In this document: positions 1 to 9,742 of the stretch, piece after piece | Numbering within the stretch: position 1 is the stretch's first letter | How the letters are laid out: each line of letters opens with the position of its first letter | The notes under the pieces: generated by a model | Databases searched by the model: none | Told to the model about the DNA's origin: nothing | Seen by the model: only the letters and a program-made list of their open reading frames with translations | DNA from: a bacterium | GTDB taxonomy: Bacteria > Krumholzibacteriota > Krumholzibacteriia > G020349025 | Length of the DNA: 52,966 nt | Assembly (NCBI GenBank): GCA_031362565.1 | Contig: JANLSU010000091.1 | Coordinates: forward strand, 1 to 52,966 | Direction: 5' to 3' | Made by a program: the position numbers and the translations under genes

Positions 1-561
1 GATACGAACCCGCAGGAACTCGCCGCCGCGGTCCGGCATCTCGCGGCCGAATGCGCGGCAATCCCGGACGAACCGAAGGGCACGCGGGCGCGATGCTTCA
101 CGACCATCGGTGACGCGCTCTACGACGCCGACGAGTGGCTCCTGGGGGCGCGAATCCACGCCCAGGCGCTCACGACGTTTCCGGAGGACGCTGGGAGTCC
201 CTTCGGGTGGCACTTCGCAGTGCAGGAAGCCTTCGGCCTCGCAATGGCGGGCGAGTTGGACGCGGCTCAGGCGCGGAGCGACGCAATCGACGGCGCGGCG
301 CTCCGCGCCGGCGCGGAACTCATTGTGGCGTGCGGCGCGGATGAGGCCCGGTACTGGGCGACGCGGCAACGGCTCCGCCGTCAACGCGGTGAAGTCATCG
401 ATGCCGCCGTCGAGGCGCGCATCGTCGAACTCGTTCAACGAGTGTCGGTCGTCGCCTCGCGCTCGCCCGACCGCGCGGCATACGTCCGCAACCTGTTCTT
501 CGCGATGCTGCATCGCGATCTCTGGCTGCTGCGATCGCTGGACGGCGCTCCGGCGAGTTGA
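1..561 (+). CDS. hypothetical protein, 5'-truncated by the window edge
   Basis: Frame 1 is open from base 1 (DTNPQELAAAVRHL...) through the listed 220..561 ORF to TGA; Ala/Leu-rich helical composition; no motif recognised. Confidence 0.55.
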   Translation, partial: DTNPQELAAAVRHLAAECAAIPDEPKGTRARCFTTIGDALYDADEWLLGARIHAQALTTFPEDAGSPFGWHFAVQEAFGLAMAGELDAAQARSDAIDGAALRAGAELIVACGADEARYWATRQRLRRQRGEVIDAAVEARIVELVQRVSVVASRSPDRAAYVRNLFFAMLHRDLWLLRSLDGAPAS

Positions 562-578
562 CAGCGCCGTTGCGGGCG

Positions 579-1880
579 TTACCGCGTCCCGCCGGCTTCC
601 GGCGCCAGCTCGAGAAAGAGCGGCGGCGGCTCGTCATGGACGAGAGACTCGAATTGGCGCCGGAACTCCTCGGGGCTCATCTTGACGACGGCTGCCATTT
701 TGGCGACTTCGGCGGCACTGACGAAGTCGGTGCGTGACAGCCGGATCATGTAGCGCCGGGCGATCGCATAGCGGGTGGAATGGATGTCGACCAAGCGCAC
801 CCGCGTCCGGCCCGTTTCGGGGTCGTAGAGATCCGCGAACGGCACCGGCACGAAATTCCCTGCCTGCATCGACACCAGCACCGCATTGCCGCCTTCCAAC
901 AAATACTTGGCGGCGCAATAGCCCAAGTCGCGGGTGTATTCCATGTCGTACGGAATCGGATCCGCCGAGCGCAGCTCGTAGCCGATGTTCTTGGCGACAA
1001 TCGTCGTCTCGATGCCGAGTTCCTCGAGGCGGGCGGTCACGGCGCGTTTCAGGATGCCGCCGATGTCGATTTCCGAGATGCGCACGTGGCCGTGGGCATC
1101 GCGTTCTGCATCGCGCACCTGTTCGAGGTCCTGCGGATCGATGTCGAGTACGACGCCTTCGGCAATGACCGCGACGCCATCCGTACGCCCTTGAGCAATG
1201 CGTTTGATGACCGATCCGGCGAGCGTATCGGCGATGGTTCGCAGGCGCAGCGGCCGGGTGGTGAATTCTTCCGGGATCAGGGTAATCGTCGCACCGGCGG
1301 CCTTGCCGACTCCGAGCGCCAAATGCCCCGCCTTGCGTCCCATGAGAATGGTGAAGTACCAGCGCCGCGTCGTCCGCGCATCCACCATGAGATTCTTGAG
1401 GGTGTCGACCGCCAGATGGCGCGCCGTCTGATAGCCGAAGGTGTCGACGTGCGGCGGCAGGTCGAGATCGTTGTCGATGGTTTTGGGCACGTGCACGACG
1501 CGAATCCGCCCGGCGGCCTTCTTCTCGAGCGACAATGCCGAAAAGGCCGTGTCGTCGCCGCCGATCGTGATCAGCGCCCCGACGCCGAGTTTGGTGAGCG
1601 CCGTGACGCAGTTCTCGAGCAACTGCGGATCCTTCGTGGGGTTGGCGCGCGAGGTGCCGATGTAGGAGCCACCGCGAAAATGCATCCGGCTCACGCCATC
1701 GATGCTGAGCGGCCGCCAGTGGTCGGTGTCGCCCTGCATGATCCACTCGAAACCGTTTTCGATCCCGATGACCTCGACGTCTTCGAGACAGGCACGGATC
1801 GTCGCGGCGCCAATGACACTGTTGATGCCTGGCGCGGGCCCGCCGCCGACCAGAATCGCGATGCGCTTCAAACCATTCAT
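579..1880 (-). CDS. pfp: 6-phosphofructokinase, probably pyrophosphate-dependent
   Basis: GGGPAPG, GGSYIGTSR, TIGGDDT, PKTIDND, MGRKAG and GYELRS motifs; start taken at ATG of MNGLKRIAIL. Confidence 0.9.
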   Translation of the reverse strand: MNGLKRIAILVGGGPAPGINSVIGAATIRACLEDVEVIGIENGFEWIMQGDTDHWRPLSIDGVSRMHFRGGSYIGTSRANPTKDPQLLENCVTALTKLGVGALITIGGDDTAFSALSLEKKAAGRIRVVHVPKTIDNDLDLPPHVDTFGYQTARHLAVDTLKNLMVDARTTRRWYFTILMGRKAGHLALGVGKAAGATITLIPEEFTTRPLRLRTIADTLAGSVIKRIAQGRTDGVAVIAEGVVLDIDPQDLEQVRDAERDAHGHVRISEIDIGGILKRAVTARLEELGIETTIVAKNIGYELRSADPIPYDMEYTRDLGYCAAKYLLEGGNAVLVSMQAGNFVPVPFADLYDPETGRTRVRLVDIHSTRYAIARRYMIRLSRTDFVSAAEVAKMAAVVKMSPEEFRRQFESLVHDEPPPLFLELAPEAGGTR

Positions 1881-2060
1881 TCCGAACGCCTCCCCAGCAC
1901 CCATGCCAACCAACCGGCGGGCAACAAGGCATGATACGCCGAGTCGGTATAGGATGTCACGGAGCCACCCTTCCCCCAAAGAGGAGACGCAGCACTGAAT
2001 CCGCAACGCGACCGCTTCGAAGCTTGGGTCGACGCCACATTCGAGCGCTGGCTCGGCGAA

Positions 2061-2756
2061 TTGCGCTGGAGCGAGATCGCGCGCGCCCTCGGCGCTCTAT
2101 CCACGGACTACGTGCAACGCCGCCACCGCGTGCAGGCCGGTGAGGCACTCGAGGGCCGCGGCAAGCGCGCCGCATTCGCGCTGTACTACGCGCCGCGCCA
2201 CTACGTTCTGACGCGCGAGGTCCTGCAAGCGCTCGGCGCAGCGGCAGCCCCCGCGCTGCCGATCGTCGATTTGGGCTGCGGCCTCGGAGTCGCGGGGGCT
2301 GCATGGGCGGCGCTCCACGATCCACCGCCCAGCGTCACCGGCCTCGATGTCAACGAGTGGGTGCTCGGCGAAGCCCGCATTGCCTACCGCGCGCTCGGTA
2401 TCAGGGGCCGTGCGGTTCGTTCCTCCGTCGAGCGCTTCCGCTTCCCGGCGGGACCGCTGCACCAGGTCGCGGCCTTCACGGTGAATGAACTCGAGACCGA
2501 AGCACGTGACGCGCTCTTGGCCCGGATCCGGCAGGGCGCGCCGGCCGGCGGCGCGACCCTGGTGATCGAGCCGCTCGCAACCCGTATTGCACCGTGGTGG
2601 AAGGACTGGGCGGCGGCGTTCGCGGCGCTCGGCGGCCGCGCCGACGAGTGGCGCTTCGACGTGCCACTGCCGGGCCGGGTCGCCGAACTCGGGCGCTCGG
2701 CGCATCTGGATCCACGCGAACTCGGCTGCCGCTCGCTCTGGATCAGCGCGGCATGA
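2061..2756 (+). CDS. class I SAM-dependent methyltransferase (Rsm22-like)
   Basis: ALYYAP, motif I VDLGCGLG, GLD, LVIEP; the true start may lie upstream (CTG at 1995). Confidence 0.7.
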   Translation: MRWSEIARALGALSTDYVQRRHRVQAGEALEGRGKRAAFALYYAPRHYVLTREVLQALGAAAAPALPIVDLGCGLGVAGAAWAALHDPPPSVTGLDVNEWVLGEARIAYRALGIRGRAVRSSVERFRFPAGPLHQVAAFTVNELETEARDALLARIRQGAPAGGATLVIEPLATRIAPWWKDWAAAFAALGGRADEWRFDVPLPGRVAELGRSAHLDPRELGCRSLWISAA

Positions 2757-3963
2757 GGGCATCCGCCAAGAGCCGCAAGAACAGGCCCACGTCGGTCACG
2801 ATGCCGACCGCCTGGGCGGAACCGCGGTCGACCAGCTTGGTGACGACGGCGGGATTGATATCCACACACACGGTCTTGACCCACGATGGCGTCATGTTGC
2901 CGACGCCGATACCGTGCAACATGGTCGAGAGAATAATCTCCATGTCGGCGCCGACAATTTCCGCCGCCGTGCGGGATTGCGCCTCGATGAGATCCATGAT
3001 CGTGTCGGGCAAGGGCCCGTCGTCGCGGATGCTGCCCGCCAGCACGAACGGCACGCCGGCCCGTACACACTCATAGAGAATGCCGTTCTGCAGGACGCCG
3101 GTCTCGACCGCGGCCCGCAACGACCCACACTTGTTGATCTGATTGATGGCCCGCATGTGGTTCATATGGCCATCGTGGACCGGAATGCCGCTCATCTGAT
3201 CCACCCCGAGCGAGGTGCCGAAGAGCGCCCGCTCGACGTCGTGTACGGCAACCGCATTGCCCGATAAGAGCGACTGCACGTAGCCGCCGCGAATCAAGCG
3301 TCCCAGATGCTCGCCACCACCGGTGTGCACGACGACCGGACCCGCAACAACCACCATCCGGCCCTTACGGGCGCGAATTTGCTGCATCTCCTCGGCGATC
3401 ACGTCCACCATGCGCTCGACGCGGCGTTCCGACGACACGTCGTTCGCCATGAACACGAAGTCCTTCGCCTGCTTGGACTTGAACGGCGGATAAACGCGCA
3501 CCCCGGTGGCGCCGCAGACCACGAGGTCACCGGTGCGAATGTCGCGCAACTTGACGCAGCGCGCCGTCTTGGCACCACGGTCGACCACCAAGCAGGCATC
3601 CATGCGCTGGTCCCGGACTGCGAGCCATTCGCCCCCATGGAAGACTTCACTGCGATGATTCGTCGTCGAGTAGAAGTCGTCGGGGACAGTCCGGTCCCCG
3701 GTGCTCGGCTCGAGCCGCGCCGGCTCGTTGCCCTCTACGACGCAGCCCAGACTCACGAGGTCGTTGACGACCAAATCGACGACGTTGGACGGCCCCTGCA
3801 CGGTCAGCCACAAGCGCGAGAAATCGTCCACCTTGCGGCCGATGTCGAATTGCCGCAACTCGTACGACGCGCCGTTCTCGACGATGAGGTCGAGACAGCG
3901 CGACATGAGTCCGGTGTCGATGAGGTGGCCTTCGGCGCGCAAATCCACGGACCGGTGCGGCAT
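2743..3963 (-). CDS. TIGR00300-family protein (LOR/SDH-like, ArgZ/AgrE C-terminal ornithine cyclodeaminase-like)
   Basis: GHLIDTG, DFYSTTNH, FMANDVSSER, GPVVVHTGG, GNAVAVHDVE, AGSIRDDGPLP, VCVDINPAVVTKLVDRGS. Confidence 0.85.
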   Translation of the reverse strand: MPHRSVDLRAEGHLIDTGLMSRCLDLIVENGASYELRQFDIGRKVDDFSRLWLTVQGPSNVVDLVVNDLVSLGCVVEGNEPARLEPSTGDRTVPDDFYSTTNHRSEVFHGGEWLAVRDQRMDACLVVDRGAKTARCVKLRDIRTGDLVVCGATGVRVYPPFKSKQAKDFVFMANDVSSERRVERMVDVIAEEMQQIRARKGRMVVVAGPVVVHTGGGEHLGRLIRGGYVQSLLSGNAVAVHDVERALFGTSLGVDQMSGIPVHDGHMNHMRAINQINKCGSLRAAVETGVLQNGILYECVRAGVPFVLAGSIRDDGPLPDTIMDLIEAQSRTAAEIVGADMEIILSTMLHGIGVGNMTPSWVKTVCVDINPAVVTKLVDRGSAQAVGIVTDVGLFLRLLADALMPR

Positions 3964-3978
3964 GCGATCCCCTTCTTC

Positions 3979-4018
3979 AAAAAAACCGGGCCCCGGAGTG
4001 TAGTCCTCCAGGGCCCGG
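3979..4018 (-). terminator. intrinsic terminator downstream of the S8 peptidase gene
   Basis: Minus strand reads CCGGGCCCTGGAG-gactaca-CTCCGGGGCCCGG-TTTTTTT: 13-bp stem with one G-U pair, followed by 7 U. Confidence 0.8.
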
Positions 4019-4045
4019 CCGTCGAACCGATTTCGAAACCGCGAA

Positions 4046-6796
4046 TCAGTGCGTCAGTACGACGCGCTTGACGTACGTGTGATCCGGCGTCTGGTAGTGG
4101 ACGAAGTACAGCCCGGCTGCGAGCTTGCGCCCGTTCGCCGCGCTATCCCAGGTCACCGAGTAACGGCCCGCATGATGCGCGCCCTCGGCCAGGGTCGCCA
4201 CCACGCGGCCCTTGACGTCGATGACGGTCAACCGGATATCTGCGGCGCGCGGCAGCGCGAACTGGATCTCCGACGACCCGCGCGTCGGGCTCGGTGCCGG
4301 CGACGCGAGCCCGAAGGACGTGATCCGTGCCCCCGCCGTGCCCGACAACGGTCCGAACAGTGCGGTCATTCCACGCTCGTTGGTCGCCGCCACCTGATAG
4401 CAGTAGGTGCGGCCCGGCTCGGCGCTGGAATCGAGCGCGATGCTCGTGTTGCCTTCTTCGCGGTGTTCCGTGGCGATCGTGCTCCACGGACCGACCGCGG
4501 CATCGGCACGCTGCACGACCACATTCGAGATCGGATCCGAGTTGCGGTCCAACTGCCAACGCAGTTCGATGCCGCCGTCCACGGAGCTGAGCTCGAACGA
4601 CGCGAGCATGACGTCCACCGTCGCATCGATGGTGAACGTCGCGTCGCTTTCGTCCTTGCCGGTGTTGCCGGCGGCATCGCGGGCCGTCACCCGCAGGATC
4701 GCCGTCGTGGTCGCCGGACCGGTAACGTTCCAAGCGAAAGATCCGGTGTTGGCGGTCGCGAGTGCGATGTTCTCGTACGGACCACCGATGCCGTTCCGCG
4801 ACACCTGCAGGTCGACATTGGTGACACCGCCGAGCGCATCGGTCGCGTTCCAGGTCAGGTTCACACTGTTACCGACCTGCACCGTCTCGCCGCCGTTCGG
4901 AGCCGTGACCAGCGTCACCGGGTCGACCATGTCGCCCAGGAACAACTTGCCGACCCCGAAGTCCTTGTTCCACACCGCGCCCGTGAAGCCGTCGACGACC
5001 GCACGGCCGGTCAAGAACGTCTTGACGAACGCCGGCGTCACCGCGCCGTATTTCTGCATGATGAGCGCCACTGCCCCCGCGACGTGCGGTGCAGCCATGC
5101 TCGTCCCCTGGTTCATGGCGTGCTTGTTGCCGTCCGGCATCAGCACCGAGGCGCTGCCCGGACACGCGACAGCGACGTCGAATGTCTGGGCCGAGGCGAT
5201 CGCCGAACCCGGTGCGGCGATATCCGGCTTCTGGCGGCCATCACGCGTGAAACCGGGGCTCGAGAACGAGCAGATGTTGCCAACGCCCACGGAGCCGTTG
5301 AAGTTGATGTTCGTGCGCCCGCCGCAGTCGGTCCAGAAACGCTTGCTGGCCCATGCGGCCACCGAGATCGCCTGCGCGGAGTTGGTCGGCTCGCTGATGA
5401 GTTCCTTCGTGTTGTCGTTGCCGATGACGAAGTTCGCCGTCGTCGTGTTGTTGAAGAACCGCCACAAGTCCACTTCGCCGTTGGCCGCGCCCAGCGTCAC
5501 CGGAATGAACGTGAACGTCCAAGTACCGTTGGCGTTGTTGCCGGAGGCGATGTTGATTTCGACGTAGACCTCGGCGTCGCCGGTCGCCGTCAACGTGGCG
5601 CCGTTCTCCAAATAGACGTTGCCGTTCGCGGTCGCCGTACCTGGGAAGGCCGCATTCATATTCCCGAGCGTGATCGGCCCGATGACTGTGCCGTTGGGCG
5701 TCGTGATCCTGACGTTCAGGTTTTCGCTCGCTTCGTAGTAGCCGTCGATCGCAATGGTGCGGCCCGTGCCCGAGCCGGTCACCGTCATCGTGACGTTGGT
5801 GCCGACGCCGGCCGCGAACACGTCCGCATGCCGTGCAAGGCCACGATCGTTGCCGCACGAAACGACCACGACGCGTCCCGGACCGGACGCGGCGTTCAGG
5901 GCCGTTTCGAAGGCACTCGTGCCGTCGTGCGGTCCGAACTGCGAGCCGAGCGACAGGTTCACGACGGCGTTCTTCGAGAGCGACGTGGCGCGGCCGAAGA
6001 TGTAGGAGACGCCGTCAATGACGTGGGTCGTGGTGAGGTCGGTCTTGACCTCGACCAAGTCGGCCATCGGCGCCATACCGACGAACGTGAAAGCGGGAAC
6101 GGCGCCGCCCGTATCGCTGCCGTCGCCGCCGGCGATCCCCATCACGTGGGTGCCGTGGCCGTTGGTGTCGACCTGGCGGGCGGTGTGGGCGTTGATGTCG
6201 GCCGCGTTCCACTCCGACCCGTACGCGAAGCCGCCGGGGTTCGGGCCGATGGCGTCGGTCTGGTCCCAGATGTTGAGCAAGCGCGTGTTGTTCGCCGCAT
6301 CGCGGAAGTCGCCATGGTCATAGTCGACGCCCGTATCGACGTCGCCCACGATGACTCCGGCGCCGTTCAGGCCTGCGAAGCCGGGACCGGCCCCACGCAG
6401 CAGGTTCGCACCCGTGGTCGGGGTGCTGGCGTCCAGCTCCAGCTCCACCGGCGCGGCGCCGCGAATAGCGTCGACTCCCGCCAGTGCCGCGACGGCATCG
6501 ATGGCCGAGGCCGGCACGGTGGCGGTGAAAATGCCCGGCAGCTCGGTGCGCACTTGCGCGCCGGCGGCCTCGAGTTCCGGCCGCGAAACCGTGCCCTGAA
6601 TGAAGACGTCGAGGTCGCCTGCCGCGGTGATTGCGGCCGAGCGATCCTTCATGTCCGACACCGCCACCCCGGCGCGGAGTTGCGCGAGAGCGACGCGGGC
6701 GCGCGGATCAAGCTTGCTCGACTCGGCAAATGCACCGTGGGCAGCCACGGCGATGCCGAGCACCGGCAGCCAAAAGCGGACGTTGAAGCGCAGCAT
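4046..6796 (-). CDS. secreted S8 (subtilisin-like) serine peptidase with C-terminal FlgD-Ig/T9SS-type domain
   Basis: Signal peptide MLRFNVRFWLPVLGIAVAAHGAFA; catalytic motifs VDTGVD, GHGTHVMG, GTSMAAPHVAG; C-terminus PSPTRG...IDVKGRVV...W...LAAGLYFV; GAGAGG RBS before ATG 6796. Confidence 0.9.
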   Translation of the reverse strand: MLRFNVRFWLPVLGIAVAAHGAFAESSKLDPRARVALAQLRAGVAVSDMKDRSAAITAAGDLDVFIQGTVSRPELEAAGAQVRTELPGIFTATVPASAIDAVAALAGVDAIRGAAPVELELDASTPTTGANLLRGAGPGFAGLNGAGVIVGDVDTGVDYDHGDFRDAANNTRLLNIWDQTDAIGPNPGGFAYGSEWNAADINAHTARQVDTNGHGTHVMGIAGGDGSDTGGAVPAFTFVGMAPMADLVEVKTDLTTTHVIDGVSYIFGRATSLSKNAVVNLSLGSQFGPHDGTSAFETALNAASGPGRVVVVSCGNDRGLARHADVFAAGVGTNVTMTVTGSGTGRTIAIDGYYEASENLNVRITTPNGTVIGPITLGNMNAAFPGTATANGNVYLENGATLTATGDAEVYVEINIASGNNANGTWTFTFIPVTLGAANGEVDLWRFFNNTTTANFVIGNDNTKELISEPTNSAQAISVAAWASKRFWTDCGGRTNINFNGSVGVGNICSFSSPGFTRDGRQKPDIAAPGSAIASAQTFDVAVACPGSASVLMPDGNKHAMNQGTSMAAPHVAGAVALIMQKYGAVTPAFVKTFLTGRAVVDGFTGAVWNKDFGVGKLFLGDMVDPVTLVTAPNGGETVQVGNSVNLTWNATDALGGVTNVDLQVSRNGIGGPYENIALATANTGSFAWNVTGPATTTAILRVTARDAAGNTGKDESDATFTIDATVDVMLASFELSSVDGGIELRWQLDRNSDPISNVVVQRADAAVGPWSTIATEHREEGNTSIALDSSAEPGRTYCYQVAATNERGMTALFGPLSGTAGARITSFGLASPAPSPTRGSSEIQFALPRAADIRLTVIDVKGRVVATLAEGAHHAGRYSVTWDSAANGRKLAAGLYFVHYQTPDHTYVKRVVLTH

Positions 6797-7139
6797 GTGT
6801 ACCTCTCGGTTGTTCTTTAGGGCTTCGAAAATTGAGAGCCCCGGCAGAGGCCGGAGCGCCAACACGCACGATCGAAAATCTTTGGGAACCGAGGACCTCC
6901 AAGGGCAAGCTGCGGTCGAGCCGCGAGGTGCAAAGCGATCACTCGGCACAAAACGGCAGCCAACAAGCGACCGAGGGTGAATTTGCCGGGGCAATTCGCC
7001 GCGCTGCTCGTGCTGCCTTGGGGGCCTCGAGAAAGCACCCCCCTGAACCACTGGAATGCCGCCAGTCTAGCCGAGCGAACCAGGCCCTTGCACGCGGATT
7101 CTGGGGTATCCTGCCGGCGGATGGTGGATGGAGGGACGC

Positions 7140-8183
7140 ATGAGCGGATCGGGGCTCGGCTCACCGGTACACATCGAAGCCGGCAAATCCCTGCGCGCGC
7201 TGAATACGTTCGGCATCGAGGCCACAGCGAAGCTGTTCGTCGCGGTCACGAGCGCGGACGCGTTCCGCGCCGTCGTGGGCGACCCGGCCCTGGGGCGGGA
7301 ACCCCGGCTGATCCTGGGCGGCGGCAGCAACCTGCTCTTCACCCGCGATTTCGACGGCCTGGTGGTCAAGAACGCCATCCCGGGCATCGAGGTCCAGCGC
7401 GAGGACGCCGAGCACGTCTGGGTCCGTGCCGGGGCGGGCGAAATCTGGCACCACCTGGTGCTCTATTGCGTCGACCGGGGTTTCGCCGGACTCGAGAACC
7501 TGTCGCTCATCCCCGGCCAAGTCGGCGCGGCGCCCATGCAGAACATCGGCGCCTACGGGGTCGAGATGGAATCGGTGTGCGAGTCGGTCGAGGCGCTGGA
7601 TGCCACGACCGGCGAGAGCGTCGTTTTCACGCACGCCGACTGCGAGTTCGGCTATCGCGAGAGCGTCTTCAAACACCGCTCCAAGGGCCGGTTTTTCATC
7701 ACCGCGGTGAATTTCCGGCTCAACAAGACACCCAAGTTCGAGGTCGGCTACGGTGACGTCCGCAAGACGCTCGACGCGATGGGCGTGCATGACTTGACGA
7801 TCAAGGCCGTCAGTGACGCCGTCATCCAGATCCGGTCCTCCAAACTCCCCGATCCCAAGGTGGTGGGCAACGCCGGGAGTTTTTTCAAGAACCCGGTCGT
7901 GCCGCGCCCGCAATTCGAGGCACTGCACGCCGCGCACCCCGCGATGCCGCATTACCCGCAAACGGACGGCAGCGTGAAGGTCCCGGCCGGTTGGCTGATC
8001 GAGCAATGCGGCTGGAAGGGACATGTCGCAGGCCAAGCCGGAGTGCACGACCGGCAGGCGCTCGTGCTCGTCAATCGGGGCGGCGCAACCGGTGCGGAGA
8101 TCTACCGCTTGGCGCTCGCCGTGCAAGCCTCGGTCCTCGAGCGCTTCGGCATCGAACTCACACCTGAGGTCAATCTGATCTAG
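7140..8183 (+). CDS. murB: UDP-N-acetylenolpyruvoylglucosamine reductase
   Basis: NTFGI, LGGGSNLL, GLENLSLIPG.VGAAPMQNIGAYG, FGYRESVFK, GNAGSFFKNP, QALVLVN, LTPEV. Confidence 0.95.
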   Translation: MSGSGLGSPVHIEAGKSLRALNTFGIEATAKLFVAVTSADAFRAVVGDPALGREPRLILGGGSNLLFTRDFDGLVVKNAIPGIEVQREDAEHVWVRAGAGEIWHHLVLYCVDRGFAGLENLSLIPGQVGAAPMQNIGAYGVEMESVCESVEALDATTGESVVFTHADCEFGYRESVFKHRSKGRFFITAVNFRLNKTPKFEVGYGDVRKTLDAMGVHDLTIKAVSDAVIQIRSSKLPDPKVVGNAGSFFKNPVVPRPQFEALHAAHPAMPHYPQTDGSVKVPAGWLIEQCGWKGHVAGQAGVHDRQALVLVNRGGATGAEIYRLALAVQASVLERFGIELTPEVNLI

Positions 8184-8275
8184 CGACGCGATTCTCCTGG
8201 AAATCGACCGGCGAATCCTGTATTAATATCCCCAGCCCCAAGAAAAATCGTCCGCATTCCACCGCGAGGCCCATC

Positions 8276-9712
8276 GTGCTGATTTTCGATCGCACCCTGA
8301 GGGCATTGGCGCTGGGCACGCTCCTCTTGGGCGCGTCTATCGCACATGCCGCCGGTTCCGTCATGTTTGCGAGTGGGGCGAGTACCGGCGAAAAGCCGCA
8401 ATCCAAGCTCTGGTACCACGACGGCTCGTACTGGTGCATCCTGCGCGGCCCGAGCGGCCTGGCGTTCTACGAGAAAGTCGGCACGGCCTGGGTGCGCGGC
8501 ACGTTCACCGGCGCCGTCCTCCAGTCGAGCGGCAACGCCGACGTGAAGTGGAGCGGCACGACGCTCTCCGTGCTCGTGTATGCCGGCACTTCGAAGCTCT
8601 ACGAGTACACGTACAATACGACGCTGCGCATTTGGGTGCCGGCCGTGGGCTTCCCGGTCACGGTGCCGAATCCGAGCGGTTCCGAAACCATGGTCCTCGA
8701 GCGGGACTCGAGCGGCCGGCAGTGGACCGCTGTCGAGGGCGGCAGCAAGATCAACGTCTACTATTCGACGAGCGCCGATCACCGAACCTGGTCGCAGACG
8801 CCCGTGGTCTTGCAGTCCGGCGTCAACGCCGACGACATCTGTTCGGTCGTCGCCTTCGGCGGCAACAAGATCGGCGTGTTCTGGTCGGATCAGAATCGCG
8901 ACGAGTTCGGTTTTCGGGTTCACAATGACAGCGACGCCCCCACCTCTTGGAGCGCGGAGGAGTCGGTGTACGCCGGTTCCGGCCACGCCGACGACCACAT
9001 CAACCTGGCGTTCGATTCGCTGGGCCGCGTCTATGCGATCACCAAAGACGCGCACGACCGCATGGCCCTGCATCGCCGCGGCGTGAACGGCGGTTGGACG
9101 ACCAAGACCAGTGTCTCGGGTGGCAGCAGCACGCGCGGCATCGTCATGGTGGCCGAGCAGGATGCGAAGGTGTACATCCTCTACACGCGCTGGGGTGTAA
9201 GTCCGAATCCCATTCAATACCGCGTCGCCGACATCAACACTCTCACCTTCGGCGGCGAGACGACCTTCATCACTTCGGGTTCCAGCATGAACAACGTCAC
9301 CGGGATGAAGCAGATTCTGCCCGCCGGGAGTCTCATTGCGGCCGCCGCCAACAGTTCGCAGAGTTTGTTCAACAGCTTCGGCAATCCGCCCCCACGCAGC
9401 GTCACGAAGGTGGCGCCGGACGGCGCCGATACCGTGCAGCGGCCATCGATCACGGCCGCACCGAATCCCTTCAATCCTTCCACGACGATCACGTTTCGAA
9501 TCCCGGACGCGTCATGGACCCGGCTCGCCGTGTACGACGTGCACGGCTGGCAGATCGCCATCCCAGCCACCGGGATGTTGACGGGCGGCGAACACACGGC
9601 GCGCTGGGATGGGCGCGACGTCGAGGGCCGGACCGTTGCATCCGGCATCTACTACCTCGAACTGCGCGCCGGCGCGACGGTCTTGCGCCACAAGGTCGTC
9701 TTGGCGAAATAG
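8276..9712 (+). CDS. secreted beta-rich (propeller-like) protein with C-terminal FlgD-Ig/T9SS-type domain
   Basis: Signal peptide ending AHA; TGEKPQSKLW and ADDHINL segments; C-terminus APNPFNPSTTITF...YDVHG...WDGRD..G..VASGIYY. Confidence 0.75.
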   Translation: MLIFDRTLRALALGTLLLGASIAHAAGSVMFASGASTGEKPQSKLWYHDGSYWCILRGPSGLAFYEKVGTAWVRGTFTGAVLQSSGNADVKWSGTTLSVLVYAGTSKLYEYTYNTTLRIWVPAVGFPVTVPNPSGSETMVLERDSSGRQWTAVEGGSKINVYYSTSADHRTWSQTPVVLQSGVNADDICSVVAFGGNKIGVFWSDQNRDEFGFRVHNDSDAPTSWSAEESVYAGSGHADDHINLAFDSLGRVYAITKDAHDRMALHRRGVNGGWTTKTSVSGGSSTRGIVMVAEQDAKVYILYTRWGVSPNPIQYRVADINTLTFGGETTFITSGSSMNNVTGMKQILPAGSLIAAAANSSQSLFNSFGNPPPRSVTKVAPDGADTVQRPSITAAPNPFNPSTTITFRIPDASWTRLAVYDVHGWQIAIPATGMLTGGEHTARWDGRDVEGRTVASGIYYLELRAGATVLRHKVVLAK

Positions 9713-9742
9713 GCTTTGGGAGCCCCAGTTCGCAGGTGCGGT

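Noticed and set aside
4049..6820. Long antisense and alternative-frame ORFs (e.g. 4049..6820 +, 43892..46648 +, 17543..18997 +)
   Set aside because: Shadow ORFs of well-supported genes in high-GC DNA; Arg/Ala/Gly-rich with no motifs.
6900..6965. c-di-GMP-I riboswitch-like words (GGGCAA...GCAAAGC...GGCAGC)
   Set aside because: No GNRA loop or receptor and no convincing second stem; it faces murB. An Rfam scan would be needed.
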